Source: Hydrolagus colliei (taxonomy: Eukaryota). From it: a DNA stretch of 64,000 nt. The stretch spans positions 5,642,001 through 5,706,000 of the forward strand of contig CM068756.1 of the NCBI GenBank assembly GCA_035084275.1, read 5' to 3'. The position numbers and the translations under genes are program-made. The notes beneath the pieces were generated by a model, which did not search any database, was not told where the DNA came from, and was given only the letters and a program-made list of their open reading frames with translations. This document shows positions 51,741 to 64,000 of the stretch, piece after piece (the stretch's first letter is position 1; each line of letters begins with the position of its first letter).

Positions 51741-54410
51741 TATACATTGTCTATATATACTGTATATTAACTGTAGTATGATAGAGCACAACAAAGAACT
51801 TAATCGTAGCGCAAGTCAAATATGGCATTTCAAAAATATGTGATGCAGATAAATGGGCGAAAATAAATTTCAATGGCAACATGTCATGTAAATAAGTGAT
51901 TTATGCTAGTACCCATATTTAGCCAAGGGAATCGGATTATGTAACAAATGAAATACTAATAGATCATTTAGAGCGTCTTGCAATTAAGGGAGTTGTGTGT
52001 TTATGCATTGTGTAATGAAATGGGTGGTAATAGATAACCATATCTCAATTTATATCCCTTATTTAGCTTCCAACATATTGCCTATTATGACACTGGATTG
52101 TATGACAAATATCCAGGTTAAGTGTTTTAGTTGGCCAAACTATTTTTTTCTTGAGAAAGTTGACTTTCCATTTCATGGCTGTCTGCCTTCATGAAATCTT
52201 TCTGCAGCCAAGAGAGCATATAGATAAAACTAAGGACACCGGAATGGTGAATGGCGAATTCCTCTGCATGGGGTGCTTGGTGAATCTGCCAGGAGGACAT
52301 ATAGGGAAGAGATTATATTGAGTTTCTTGTGGCGGAGGTCATCAATTGCTCGTTTTATACGTCGTAATCAAACAGTTGTCCCGGGGGTCAAACTTGAAGA
52401 ATGGATACTTGGAGGTCTGGGTGGATGTATGATCCCCATTGGTTTATATTCAGCACAGAATCAGCAACTTGTGTGATGGTCAGCTCTCAAGACAGACAAG
52501 ACAGGTAAAGCAGTGACCTAGGAAAAACCTCACAAAAACGCAGCTTTATTTAATTTTTCTTCCCAGCGAAGTGATCTGTAGAAGCCTATGGCTGTGCTTT
52601 CCTGAGGGTTTATGTTTTCTTTGACTTTTAGCTGTTTGTCTTAAAGCCTGTCAAAGTTAAAGGTTCTCCCCATCGTCCCTTTGCTCTTTCCTCCTAACCA
52701 TCGTGAACAGTCCAGTCGATTTTGCTTCACTTGTCTTCCCACTTTTCCTCTGATTACTTCACTTCAGACTGGTTTGACCGTAAAAGCCAGGATGGAGGTT
52801 AAGATCTAAAAGTTCAGCCAAATGTTACCAACTGTGAAGATATTACTAAGAGGAAGGTCCGTCTGTCCCAAGACTATATAGTCGGTGATTGTGTAGTATT
52901 AATGATCAAATCAGCAGCTGTCGCTGGTCCAGGTAGTTGTGGGAGTCTGTAAATCGAAGCACCTGTATGAAATCAATCCTTCAATGTCAAAGTTTGCCTT
53001 TTGTATCAGCTTAATTTGCATGTTCAAGGAACAGTCAGACCCCTCAGATCAGTTGTAGGATATTTGAAGTTAAACAACTGCTTCAAAAGTTTGGCGCAGT
53101 TTGAATGCTTTTGAACAGTGTTTTTTTTGGCGGAGTAGATTCAATAGCTTGAATGGCCTACTCTTGTTCATTTGTTCCCACATTGTGCGTTTATGTTGAT
53201 TTCACACTGGCATTCTCTGTGCTTGTTTTGCAAGTTCTGTGCTGACATTGGTATGTTGGGTACATTGAAAATAAATCATTTAAAAAAGGCTAAGCTTTAG
53301 ATGAGGGAATCATTCTTACTTTTATCTGTGCTACCCTGGTCTTATCACAAAATAAAATCAACATCATATTTTTTCAGAATTAATTTCCCTTTACTTCATG
53401 AAAGTTGAAACCATTTTACTGAATTTATGAAAAAGATTGCAAGATAGGAGTGGCACAGCTGCTGTGTATTGTGTCATTGAGCTTGTGCCCACTATTATCC
53501 ATACGAAGGTGAGTTATTGACACCAGTTCCATGAGATGGCATAGCACCAATTTGAAGCACGTGACTTACTCACGGGGAGATTTGGAGGAGTGTGAATCCA
53601 GGTTAGCTCTCACACCCATGCCTGAGCTAACAGAATTGGCAAAGGTTTTGAAAGGAAACAATCTTAAAAGGAGGTCAGATTGCCTAAAGGGACAATGCAA
53701 CCTGTTTTGCTGTCATGCTCATTCATATTAAAATAAATTGTGCGGTCTCACACATTCTGAAAATAAAGCAATTCTTTTGTTTTTATTTACTGTATATTCT
53801 TTTCCAACCCATAAGCGCCTCCTATGTGCTGTTTTTTTTTATCACTTAAACATTAACCTTTAGAAACATTGAAGTTTAGAAACACGCCTCCCAAAGTGAA
53901 AGGTGCTCTATAAATATAATTTTGTTGTTACTGTTGTTGAATTGCTCCAGCCCGCACATTGTTTACAAGCTAAGCTGTGTTCGGCTGTGCTGTTTCCTGC
54001 CTTTGCAATGCAATTGTCTGGAAGTACCGGTAGTTGTGCAAAGGAGAGGGCAGCAGCATTTGTAAACAAAATACTTCTCAACAGATCTCAGCTACAAAAT
54101 TAAAATAAAGGGGGAATTGATCAACTCACTGGTTGGTAAATCTACTTAAGATGTTCACTCTTTTATTTCCGGCCTTCTTGTCTGTTGCCATTGTTCTTCC
54201 TTCTTGAGCTGAGATCATGGTTTGCTTTGGGCCACAAGCCGCTCTACTAATCTTCCTGTGAGGCTAAGACTGAAAGACTTTTTCTCCTGCCTCTCACGAT
54301 GGAGTATTCCATTGTCCAGCTGCACTTCCCCAAAGCAGCCCAGCCAAGCACTGGCTAAGATCACCTCGTGGACAGATAGGCTGAAATTACAGTCCAGGAT
54401 GGGAGTACAA

Positions 54411-54575
54411 ATATAATCCTTATATTTGGTATAGCGCCTTTCACATTGGAGGGGTGCCCAGAAGTTTTTTTTTACAGGATATGCTAAATATACAATATTT
54501 TTATGGGTGATCATGCCAGTCAAATAGTGCCATGGCATCTTTGACGTCCCTCTGAACAAGCCATACAAGACTTCT
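54411..54575 (-). mobile_element. DeuSINE fragment joined to the common tail
   Basis: Minus strand TTGTTCAGAGGGACGTCAAAGATGCCATGGCACTATTTG (Deu-like) ... GTGAAAGGCGCTATACCAAATATAAGGATTA. Confidence 0.75.
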
Positions 54576-55599
54576 GTGTTCCATCTTATTTACTATCCCT
54601 CAGAAATAGTTTAATATTTGTATGGTCCTCCAATTACGATGCTGCTACTTTAATTACTAGTAGTGGATGATATATTTTTAAAGATGTTTGTGACCAATAA
54701 GTTTTCTAATATGTATGCTCTAGGTAGGTAGAAATACATGTTACTAGGAAAAAAATCTGGTTGATGTCTTGAAGAGCAGGAAATGTGGCCTCCAATGAGG
54801 GGTTAATGTAACTGCCTGGTTTCATTTGATGACTTCCACATGTAAAGCATTAACAGTTGAATGGCATCTCACACTCCTTTAATTTACAGACATCTGGATT
54901 ATCTTTATAAAGGCCACAGAAGTAGATGACAGACGTCTAAACAACTCTCTTTGGGGAAAAAATAATTTTTTCCACATTGCGAAGAGCAATTTCAAGCAAG
55001 GTTGGATGAGACTGAAAGTTCAAAGAATAAACAAACAATATTTATATGAAGCGGTTAAAACCAATGCAAATGAAATGCTTTTATATTTGCAGAAAAATAT
55101 AATAAAGGATATAAGAACCTAGTAAACAGTGTAATTGCAGAAACATTAATGTGATGAATTTGTTCTGACTACAAAGCAAAAAAATGCCCTTTCTGTTTGT
55201 GATCTTCCAGCATGTTTTATGTACTGAAACTGATATCAATTAGAGGAGGGTCTTTTTTTTTAAAAGATGGATTTGTTTGCTTTTTCAGTGGCTACGTTTT
55301 TGCTGCATTGATTTCAACTCTGGCTTGTGTAGTCCCATTCCAATGGTGCAGTGCCAGTTGGCATGAAGGGCCGCACTCGCATCCAACAATGTGCACTTGG
55401 ATACATTGATGTGACCAACAAGCAGGCAGTGCGAGCCAATGCTCAATCATTACGCCAGACAGTATGTGTTTTCTCTGTGCATTCAGCATCAGTTGGTCTC
55501 TAGGGCAATAGCAGTTCTCACTGATCTCTGCCCACTACTTAAAACATTCATTTGCCTGACTCGATAAGAAGTGGTGCCCTCTGCTTTCCTCTGCAGGAG

Positions 55600-55740
55600 A
55601 GAGGAACATACGCCATTTAATATTAGAGGTGCTTTCCTTACACATGTTAGAGAATTATGGGATTCATTACCAGATGAGATTCTCTCTCTCTCTGCTGACG
55701 AACAATGCCTTTATCTGCTGCAGCCATTTAAAACACAACC
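55600..55740 (+). mobile_element. CR1/L2 ORF2 C-terminal remnant
   Basis: NIRGAFLTHVRELWDSLPDEI..FKTQ (cf. R..FF..RV..LWNSLP.E..FK). Confidence 0.5.
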
Positions 55741-57714
55741 TTGCCACCAGCGCTTCTTTTTTTAAAAAAATGACTAAAAGGGTTGTGATTAATTTTAACA
55801 CTTTTGGGGCAGTTTGTCTGTTACTGTTGCTTTTTGTTAGAAAAGTGAGTGTTTATGATATAATCAAGTGAAATTGTCTTGAAGAAGCTACAGAGCCTGA
55901 CATTATGGGGAACAGAAAGCACAGACAGAAAGCACACTTGAAATGACAAGATCTCTGAAGCACTCTGGCTTATTGACTGTATCTAGTGATGTTAATTCAG
56001 CTCCTTTCCACTGTCAGGCTGAATAACTCCTCCGACCTAGTTCCTCCAATGATGTAATCAGCACTCACCATTTAAACAAAAATTTACAGGAGAAAAATAG
56101 ACAAATGGAGAGGGGAATTGCAAAAAGATTGTTATAATTACCTGCAGTTCCAATTTTTTTTATGTTTTAAAGGCAGCTCACTGTGGAGATCTCTAAAATT
56201 GCAGACAACGCAGATATTGACTAGGCAGGTTCAATGTGCTGAACAGAGGACTGAATGGTTTGGTTTCTGTCTTGGTTGCTCTGACTTTTTGCTTTCCAAA
56301 AATAAATTGTACAATAATTACAGACAATATTTTAAAATAACTTAATAATACAATACATGATGATACCAACAATAATTTTGTTACTGAAGATGCATTTTAG
56401 ATTTAAAGATGAAAAAGTGGTCATATTTGATCTCTTCTTTATTAATTATGATGAATGCGGAGTATTTAACAATAGATGCAACAAAGTACTTTTCTTACTA
56501 ACTGATTTATTAGGTAGAATTATCATTGAAGATCAAAAAAGAATAATGAAGGTAAAATATTGATTTAAGAAAGAAACAGAATTTTGTGATATGAAAATAT
56601 TTTACTGAACTAATCATGCTTTTTATTCATTATTATCATGTATAACATTTACTTTATCTATTCAATATTGATCATATTAATAATATATGGAACTTATCTA
56701 TTTACCTTACCAGATATAAATATTTTACTTCAACTATTTAAATTCTAAGGAAACTATGGTTTATAAAAATATGCTCACAGCAGATTTAATGCGTGTATTT
56801 TACTTATAATACATTTGCCTAGATTTTAGGAATGCAGAATTATGCCACACATTTTGTTAGGCTATTGTGTGGAGCTCCAGTAATTTCATAACTTTAACAA
56901 TAAATATAGTCTCTCCACGTTCTGCTCCACACATCTGTATAGTTTCACTTGTAGCAGTATTAAGATGTGTAAATTTCTTGCTTTATATCATAAATTCTAT
57001 CAATGACTGATATTAATTCTTATTGCTAAAATGTTAGTTTGCTCAGATAGTTTTGCATGGAATACAACATGCAGTTATAAATTCCTTACATCACGGATCC
57101 ACTAAATCAGATATTAAATCAAGGTACAGTATGCCATTCAAGGATCACACTTATGGATGATGATGCTATTTGCATTTGTGGTGCTGTGTAAAAATATTTT
57201 CCTTGTTAAGAGTGTTTGAGTGTGTGTGAGAGAATATGTGTGAGTGGGTTGTGATATCAGGTTAGCAGCGAGTGCATTAAATCTGTTACATGGTGTGGAT
57301 ACTCGCATGGTACCACATGACTTGAGTATGATTCCCACTGCATCTGGTTAAGTTGCATAAGTGCCATGAGGAAAGAGACAGCATTTGAGAGTGGGACAAG
57401 CTCTGTTGGTGATTGAGAAGCCGATATTCATTTATCTTGTCATTTTGATCTTTCTTTAGACTGCTGCAAGCAAGCGAGTTGTAGCCGGAAGCTTGCTTTA
57501 AATTTCCTGCTAAAAACTAATGCCCGATTAATTTGCTCACCTAAACATTCTGAATATTTGCCTTGAAATGTACAACATAAACACAACAATGAATAAGTGC
57601 AGAAGTCAATCAAACAATGCTGAGATTGAAGAATCCAGTGTGGTGGAAGATATAGCACACAAAAAAAAACAGCTGGGTTCTTTCACATTGTGTTTGACTG
57701 AACTGTTTATCCAA

Positions 57715-57800
57715 AATACAACAACAACAACAACAAAACAACAAAATTACACTTGTGTAGCACCTGTCACGTCAGGAGGACGTTCCAAGGCACTGGGACA
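57715..57800 (-). mobile_element. L2 3' tail
   Basis: Reverse complement TGTCCCAGTGCCTTGGAACGT..GTGACAGGTGCTACACAAGTGTAATTTTG(TTG)n matches the L2 tail at 13202-13270. Confidence 0.8.
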
Positions 57801-60782
57801 CTCATTTTGAACTGTTTTGATACCATCATTTGAAACATAGAATAAAATGTTGGACTGTTCTTGAGGGATGTTAGGAAGGACTTTAATCTGCAGGGTACAT
57901 ATTTGCAAGACGTAAACACAAAGGTAGCTTAGATAAAAGTATATAGACTGTGGTATTCCAGGGAATGTTAAGTATATAAATTCATGCATTTAGCAATGGC
58001 ATATCCATTCTGCACTTTAACATCATGTAACTATATTAGTGCTGAACCCTCCAGTAATTAATAGCATTTAGGCACCAGAGTAGTCAGGTCTGATCAAGCA
58101 GACACAAAAGTAATTTAACATGCAATCACATGTTCTGAAAGGGCTTTTGAGAGCAGAGTGTTTGTGGATGGACATATGGACCCATCTTCATTGGATTGTT
58201 AGCCACCTTAAAGTAGTTAACAGTCAGATCAATACAGCTCCTAGAGCTATGATAAAATGGGTTCGACAAGCTCCTCTGTGGCTGAGAACAGAGTATACAC
58301 ATTGATTTCTGTGGCTGATGTAGCCCATTTACCTATTCAGCTTTTCCTATAAAGAAGGTGTAAGGCTATAGGCACTCTGGGGAGCAATACTGTCTGTAAG
58401 TAGGTTAGCACATACTTTAAAATGTCTTAATCTGCTTTACACTTACTATTTAAATACACGTAGAGCATGTTTGAGACCTTCCTCTGTTTATGAATGGAAA
58501 GAACAAGAGAAAATGAATTTTCACTTCACTGCAACTTGAAATCCATCCAATTTTTATGCAGTATTGTCATAACAATTTCAAATTACTAAATTGGGCCCAG
58601 TCCAAAAACAATGGTGATACCTTAGTTTCTCTCGCTTAAAGCACATCGAAAATGTATTTTTCATTTTTAAAAATTGTTATTCTATTAGTGTTTTATATCA
58701 AACAGGACATATTTATTCTGATAATGAAATATTGCACCCATTCAGAAGAAATGGCATGTTTGGGAAACAATTAAGAGCTTGGAGGTATTCTATTGTGAGA
58801 GAATATAGTGAAGCTGTGAAACAGGGAGTAACAGTAAGTTCATCCGCAAAGAGCAATTTCCATTCTATTTTGTCAATACCCAAGTGCAAATATTGCCCTT
58901 TACCATTCCAAACCCATATTCTTCACCTTTTCAAGGGGCTCTGGTAGGATTTCACATCTCTATTCTGTTGACATGTACAGCATCACATATTTGCTAGTGG
59001 TATTGTAAAGATAGCTGTCCAAAAAGACAACCTCTGAATCCTCCCTTATCTAAAGTAACACACACAGAATTTCTGTTCAAAACAATGCAAAACATAATTT
59101 TCTTCTTCGGTTTTTTGGGCAAACTATTCTGATTTTTCTGCCTGTGTAAAGAGGTGTATTTACAAGATATTCAAATCTCACATTCAAACTTTTTAAAGCG
59201 TTGTTGTGCACCTCCCATTTGTCAATAATAACTTTAAATATTGTAGATGAAACAGCAACATAAAGCTTCCTTCCGTAAATCTTAAATACAGGCTGTTCTA
59301 CAATTACCAAGGATGTTGTTTATTGCTTTGTTTTATGACCAGATTCTTTACGGTTCTATGGACTAAACAAAACAGCAATCATTGTGCAATAAAATGCAAC
59401 TTGAGACAAAATGGCTGTTCTAATTTGGGCAATATTCTGTAATAATTCACCTTCTGGTAAGCATGGCTGAACGTTTAGCTCGGGAAAGATGAACACGCAA
59501 TACTACGGGGTTTTCCGATCAATTGTGCTTCCCGGGTAATAACAATAGGCAACATGGCAACATGAAGCTGTTGATAGGTAGTCATTAGACAAAGATAAAC
59601 TCTCATCCAAGGTAATCTGGTGAACATGCTAATGACAAGGCAACGCTACCCACAAAGAAAATCAGTGCTCCATGAATGCATTACTTAAAAGCCACAATTA
59701 TCACAGTAAGAACATGGCTTCCTCGTCATTAAAAATAAACTTTTATGACAAAACCATAATTATTTGTCTCTTCTTTAACTTGGATAATGTTACATATTGT
59801 GCTAATCTGTGCTCAAGTCTACAGAGCCTTTAATTACATTTAGTTCAATGACCACAAACCTAGGATGATTCCAATTCGAAACAATGGGGAGAATACGCCA
59901 TGTGATAATTATCACTTTACATTATATTTCTCTCTTGAGTTCCCTCATTGAGGAATATGCCAATGGTTGAATTTCAAATTTGTTCCAGATGTGAGTGATT
60001 TAAAATTAAACCAATTTTATTATGAGGGAATACATCATAAAATATTTGTTTCAGTATTAATAATAATTAATATTATTAAGGACTATTATATTATTATTAG
60101 CTTTTCCCCAATATTCATAAATACTGTTAACTACTCAAAAGGAACACGGAGGAACACAAAATCTACATCTACACATTCACATCTTATATTGGCAGTGACA
60201 ACTTGTCCAAATTTATGTTGATGTGTTTCTTCTATGAATGATGCCTGATATTCTGACATTCTGAAGGCTCGTGCTTCACACAGCACGTTTTTCAGGATAA
60301 CACTGTGGTCTCTGAGTAGCTGTCACCTCAGGCAGGAGGAGGTATAGCTCGATAGCATGTGATTTCCTAACTATCATATGTAACCGCTGATTGTAGAGGT
60401 CTGTATGATAATGTCTTGTGGCTCACTCATTCTTGGCTTGTCTTAACAGATGTGTTTCACATTATATTTTTTTCGCTGTCAATAAACAGTCCCTACGTTT
60501 TCTCGCAGATCTTTGATAGTCACTTGCCTGTTTTAGTCAGCATATCAAAAAGGCCCTGATAATAGAAGACTTGTCAGGTATGTCTGATGCAATCATATAG
60601 TTTTCAAACAAAAGTCCAAGTTCATTTGCGTCAAGTCGAGGAATTGATGGAAATTCTTATGCTGCCACATCACTCTCTATTTTATTTGAAAGTTTGGCTG
60701 CGTTGCATAGACAGTTTCTGGAATTTTCCTCACTTTCAATTGCCGTTTGTCTCTGATTCTAGGAGCTCTTAATGTTCAAGTG

Positions 60783-61258
60783 TCAGTCTGGCTCAGTTGG
60801 TAGGACTATCAACAGGGTTTTTTCCCCACATTGGGACTTTGGACTCATAGTCTGGACAGGGCCTCGGGATATCCTTCTGGCATTGAAAAGGTACTACAGT
60901 ATACAAATTAATTTTGTACTACAGTATATTGTTACTCCAATATGAGTTTGTGGAGGGGAAAGTGCTAATTGCTGAAGTGCTGTCCGTCAGACAAAACATT
61001 AAACCGAGATCACATTTGCCTGTTCAAGTGGACGTTAAGGATCCCATAGTGCTGTTCAAAAAGAGAAGGGAGTTTCTCCTGGGTTCCTGGCTAATAATCC
61101 TCAAAATAAAATTGGTCACTCACTTCATAGCTTCCTGGTATATTGCCAGGGCAGCTGTGTTTGCGTACAAAACACAGTCACTACACTTTACAACAAATCC
61201 CGTGAAGCGCTTTGAGATGTCCGCCCAACATGAAAGGTGCCATAATGAAATGTAACTA
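60783..61258 (+). mobile_element. Near full-length DeuSINE with the common L2-type tail
   Basis: Head TGGCTCAGTTGGTAG; Deu-like GTGCTGTCCGTCAGA..TTAAACCGAG..GTTCAAGTGGACGTTAAGGATCCCATAGTGCTGTTCAAAAAGAGAAGGGAGTTTCTCCTGG; tail GTGAAGCGCTTTGAGATGTC..TGAAAGGTGC. Confidence 0.88.
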
Positions 61259-64000
61259 TCTTCAGTATGTTTGTCACTAGGACAGCGAGTGAATTCAGGT
61301 CCCAGGGCAAGATTTTGCTTGAAGCAGTTCGTGACATCATGGCTCGTTAGGATACCTATGAGTAATTATGTGGAAATGAGAGTTAAAGTGTGCGAGCCAC
61401 AATTTTCTGGGGAGCGAACACTGCCGGATAGTGTAGTTTGTAACCATGGAACACATGTGTCATGTAGCCCTGATGTTATGAAGTGGTTAATATTTCAGCG
61501 AGTCACTGCTCGCAAATCATCTGTCCCATTTATACTTCACTTATTATGAAATTGATAAGCAGTTCCAGCAGGGGCCCATGGGAGAACTAAATGACACATG
61601 TGTGCTCTGCCTATGTAATACATACACTTGGCTTCCTGGTCCAGTACTGTCACATCCTCTCACTGTGATTCACATCGTATTGGTATTGCTTCAGTTTGAA
61701 TCATGTATGGGATACTGTTCAACTCCAACACTTCCTGCTCGTCTGACTTTGTTGTGGAATTTGAAAGCTATTCTATTTGTTATAAGGAACAAACTGGAGC
61801 AAGTTCAGATGAAATTCATAAACTGCTCGGGCTTGACTGCAGTATTTTATGACTTCATCTGAGAAGGTTGAGGTGTTATTGCTATGTGACACACTGCAAT
61901 GTATCTGTTAGCCCTTTTTTTATTACATGGATATTAGTAATATTTTCTATGCCAGGGAATATGTCTATGGTTGAGTTTCAAAATTGTTCCAGCATGTGAT
62001 TTATTCAAAATTAGCCCAATTCAGTTCCAGTTGTGTTGCCTCTGAATGTTCCCACTGTGATCACTTTGTTCCTTCGAGACCGTACCTTCCTGATCTGAGG
62101 AAGCACAGCCAGAGGCACCACGAGAGAGAGAACGGAATTGCCTTTAGAATTGATTACACCAACAAGAAATCTGAACCTGCAATCTGAAGAATCCTGAATT
62201 CTAGTTGAAGTCTAGATGTTCCGATACGATCACAGGAACACAATGCAGAGGAACATTAAAATGATATCTAACTGCATTTAGTTCTCCATCACAGTCTGCG
62301 TTAAAGTAAAAAAAAACTGTTTCAGAAAGCATTTAAAAAGACAACCGTATACTAAAGGGGATGTTCAAACTATTTACAATATGGTACCCTACATAGGGCA
62401 TGACACTGGTAGAGAGGTGTGTTACAAATGAAAGACCCATAACTTTGAATCACCACTGACACATGTCAGTAATGCGCCATCAACGATGTGATATGCTGTT
62501 TGTTCCGTGCTAGATTCCATTTCAGTTTTAAACACAATCTAGGATGCGCTGGACCATTAAGTTTTAATTTCACTGGAGTGAATTATCATATTGCTGGGTA
62601 GTGAAATTATCATTCACGTCCATGGAATAAATTATCTGCTGCTAAGATTCAGGCATGAAGAATCTATGTTCTGTCTGAAGAACGTTTCGACTATAAATCT
62701 GCAGCTTTAGCTCCAAAGTCAAACTGCTTTACTTTGGATTCAGCTCGTGCAGGAAATCTCAGTTATACAGTCCTTACGGTTTGCATTAGATAGGAGCTGA
62801 CAAAAAGCTAGAGGTAATTTAGATATGGAATAATGCACATTATGGAGGAAACAGCGATTCAGCCCAAAGAACAGGTTAAAGTGTGATCACGAACATCTGA
62901 ATAAACTTATAGCCTTCAACCCTTTCTGCAACATCTGTTGTTTTGCGGAATGTATCCTACATTTCTAATAAGAGTTTGCAAATGTAAAATTGCTGGATCT
63001 TCCCACTGTGGCTACAGTATGTAGATCTTTGTGAAGTGAAGCATTTTGTTTGGAATGCCTGCATTTGTCAAGACACTCATTAGGAAAGTTAAACATGTCA
63101 CTCACTGGCTGAATGCCATCAGAAGGTAAGGGACATCTTCATTTGAGCAATAGTGCATCCGTGCTGTATCAGGAAACAGATGAATTGCCATGGTCCATCT
63201 GAACTATGTGGCCACATTGTTTTATTCCAGCTGCTGTAGAACTGTGGTACAGGGCAGACAGAGAGTGTTACTACTGTTCAATTACAATTTCAGCAGCTCT
63301 TTGAGGCACTCCCTTGTTTCTCTGATCCCTTTGAGCTTTCGGAATTCGCTGTCTGGGCTCAAACGGCTTTGGAGATCTTTCCATTGCTGCCAATGCACTG
63401 AAACAACTGATGGTTGACACCCTGCCATGTGTCGGAGTGTCTCATGAGAGGGACCTCACTCAGCCCTGGCTCCTCATTGAATGGAAATGTACAGCATTCA
63501 CCCATTCATCAGAACACCTTATCCATCCATCACCACATATGGTTTCAGAGTCAAGTCAAATATTCAGTATATATCTTGCATATTGGTGCGCATCTACTAT
63601 ATCTACTATATTCCCATATTACGGGAATAACTGTTTCGTAATTGCACACACTGTTTCCAACCATAATTTGAAATAAGACACACGTTCCTGAAGGCTGTTT
63701 TGTCTCAGCTTTAATCCTCCGAGCATGCTGTGGAAATGTTAAAAAATCTTTTTCTTATCTACACGAACAACATAACTTTGACAGAAAATTGAATGTGTTC
63801 ACTTTGCCTCATCAGCTTTAACAGACTGTCAGATATGGCTTTTTTTCAGCAGGAAATGAATGATGGAAATGGTTTTTGGCTTTAGATTTTTTGCTAGGCA
63901 CCAGAGTAAATGATCACAGTACTAGCTCTTTTAACCTTATCTATCATACTGAAACGTTTTCTCTGCCTCCAATATAACATGTCAGAGTCGATTAAGGACA

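Noticed and set aside
60509-60577. 69-nt plus-strand segment between a good acceptor (TTTTCTCGCAG) and donor (CAG|GTATGT)
   Set aside because: All three frames contain stops. It could only be a UTR or poison exon, and the sequence alone cannot support that.
62670-62710. Penelope/hammerhead-like words (GTCGAAACGTT on the minus strand; CTGAAGA also at ~1110 and ~20147)
   Set aside because: No site has a complete CUGANGA-stemII-GAAA core with pairing stems, so no ribozyme can be claimed.
63833-63855. TATGGCTTTTT, matching the start of miR-135
   Set aside because: The rest of the mature sequence does not match and there is no hairpin.

Overview
AT-rich, CpG-depleted vertebrate genomic DNA that is intronic or intergenic throughout. 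I could not identify any host protein-coding exon, rRNA, tRNA gene or CRISPR array. Most ORFs in the supplied track are chance ORFs or decayed transposon frames. The repeat content (tRNA-headed SINEs with Deu-like and CORE-like central domains and a shared L2-type (TTA)n tail, plus many CR1 and L2 LINE fossils) points to a cartilaginous fish, probably a chimaera such as Callorhinchus; this is inferred from recalled repeat consensus sequences, not from a database search. The best-supported protein-like signal is a disrupted hAT transposase fossil (~5.5-6.6 kb) that aligns motif by motif with the ZBED4/ZBED6 lineage while keeping catalytic acidic motifs. Other points of interest are modular SINEs that share one tail, two local direct duplications, a strong CTCF motif, a promoter-like CpG/CCAAT/TATA cluster at ~12.5 kb, several enhancer-like motif clusters, and two weak Harbinger-like remnants. 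I found no evidence of a complete new biological system; the findings below are leads.
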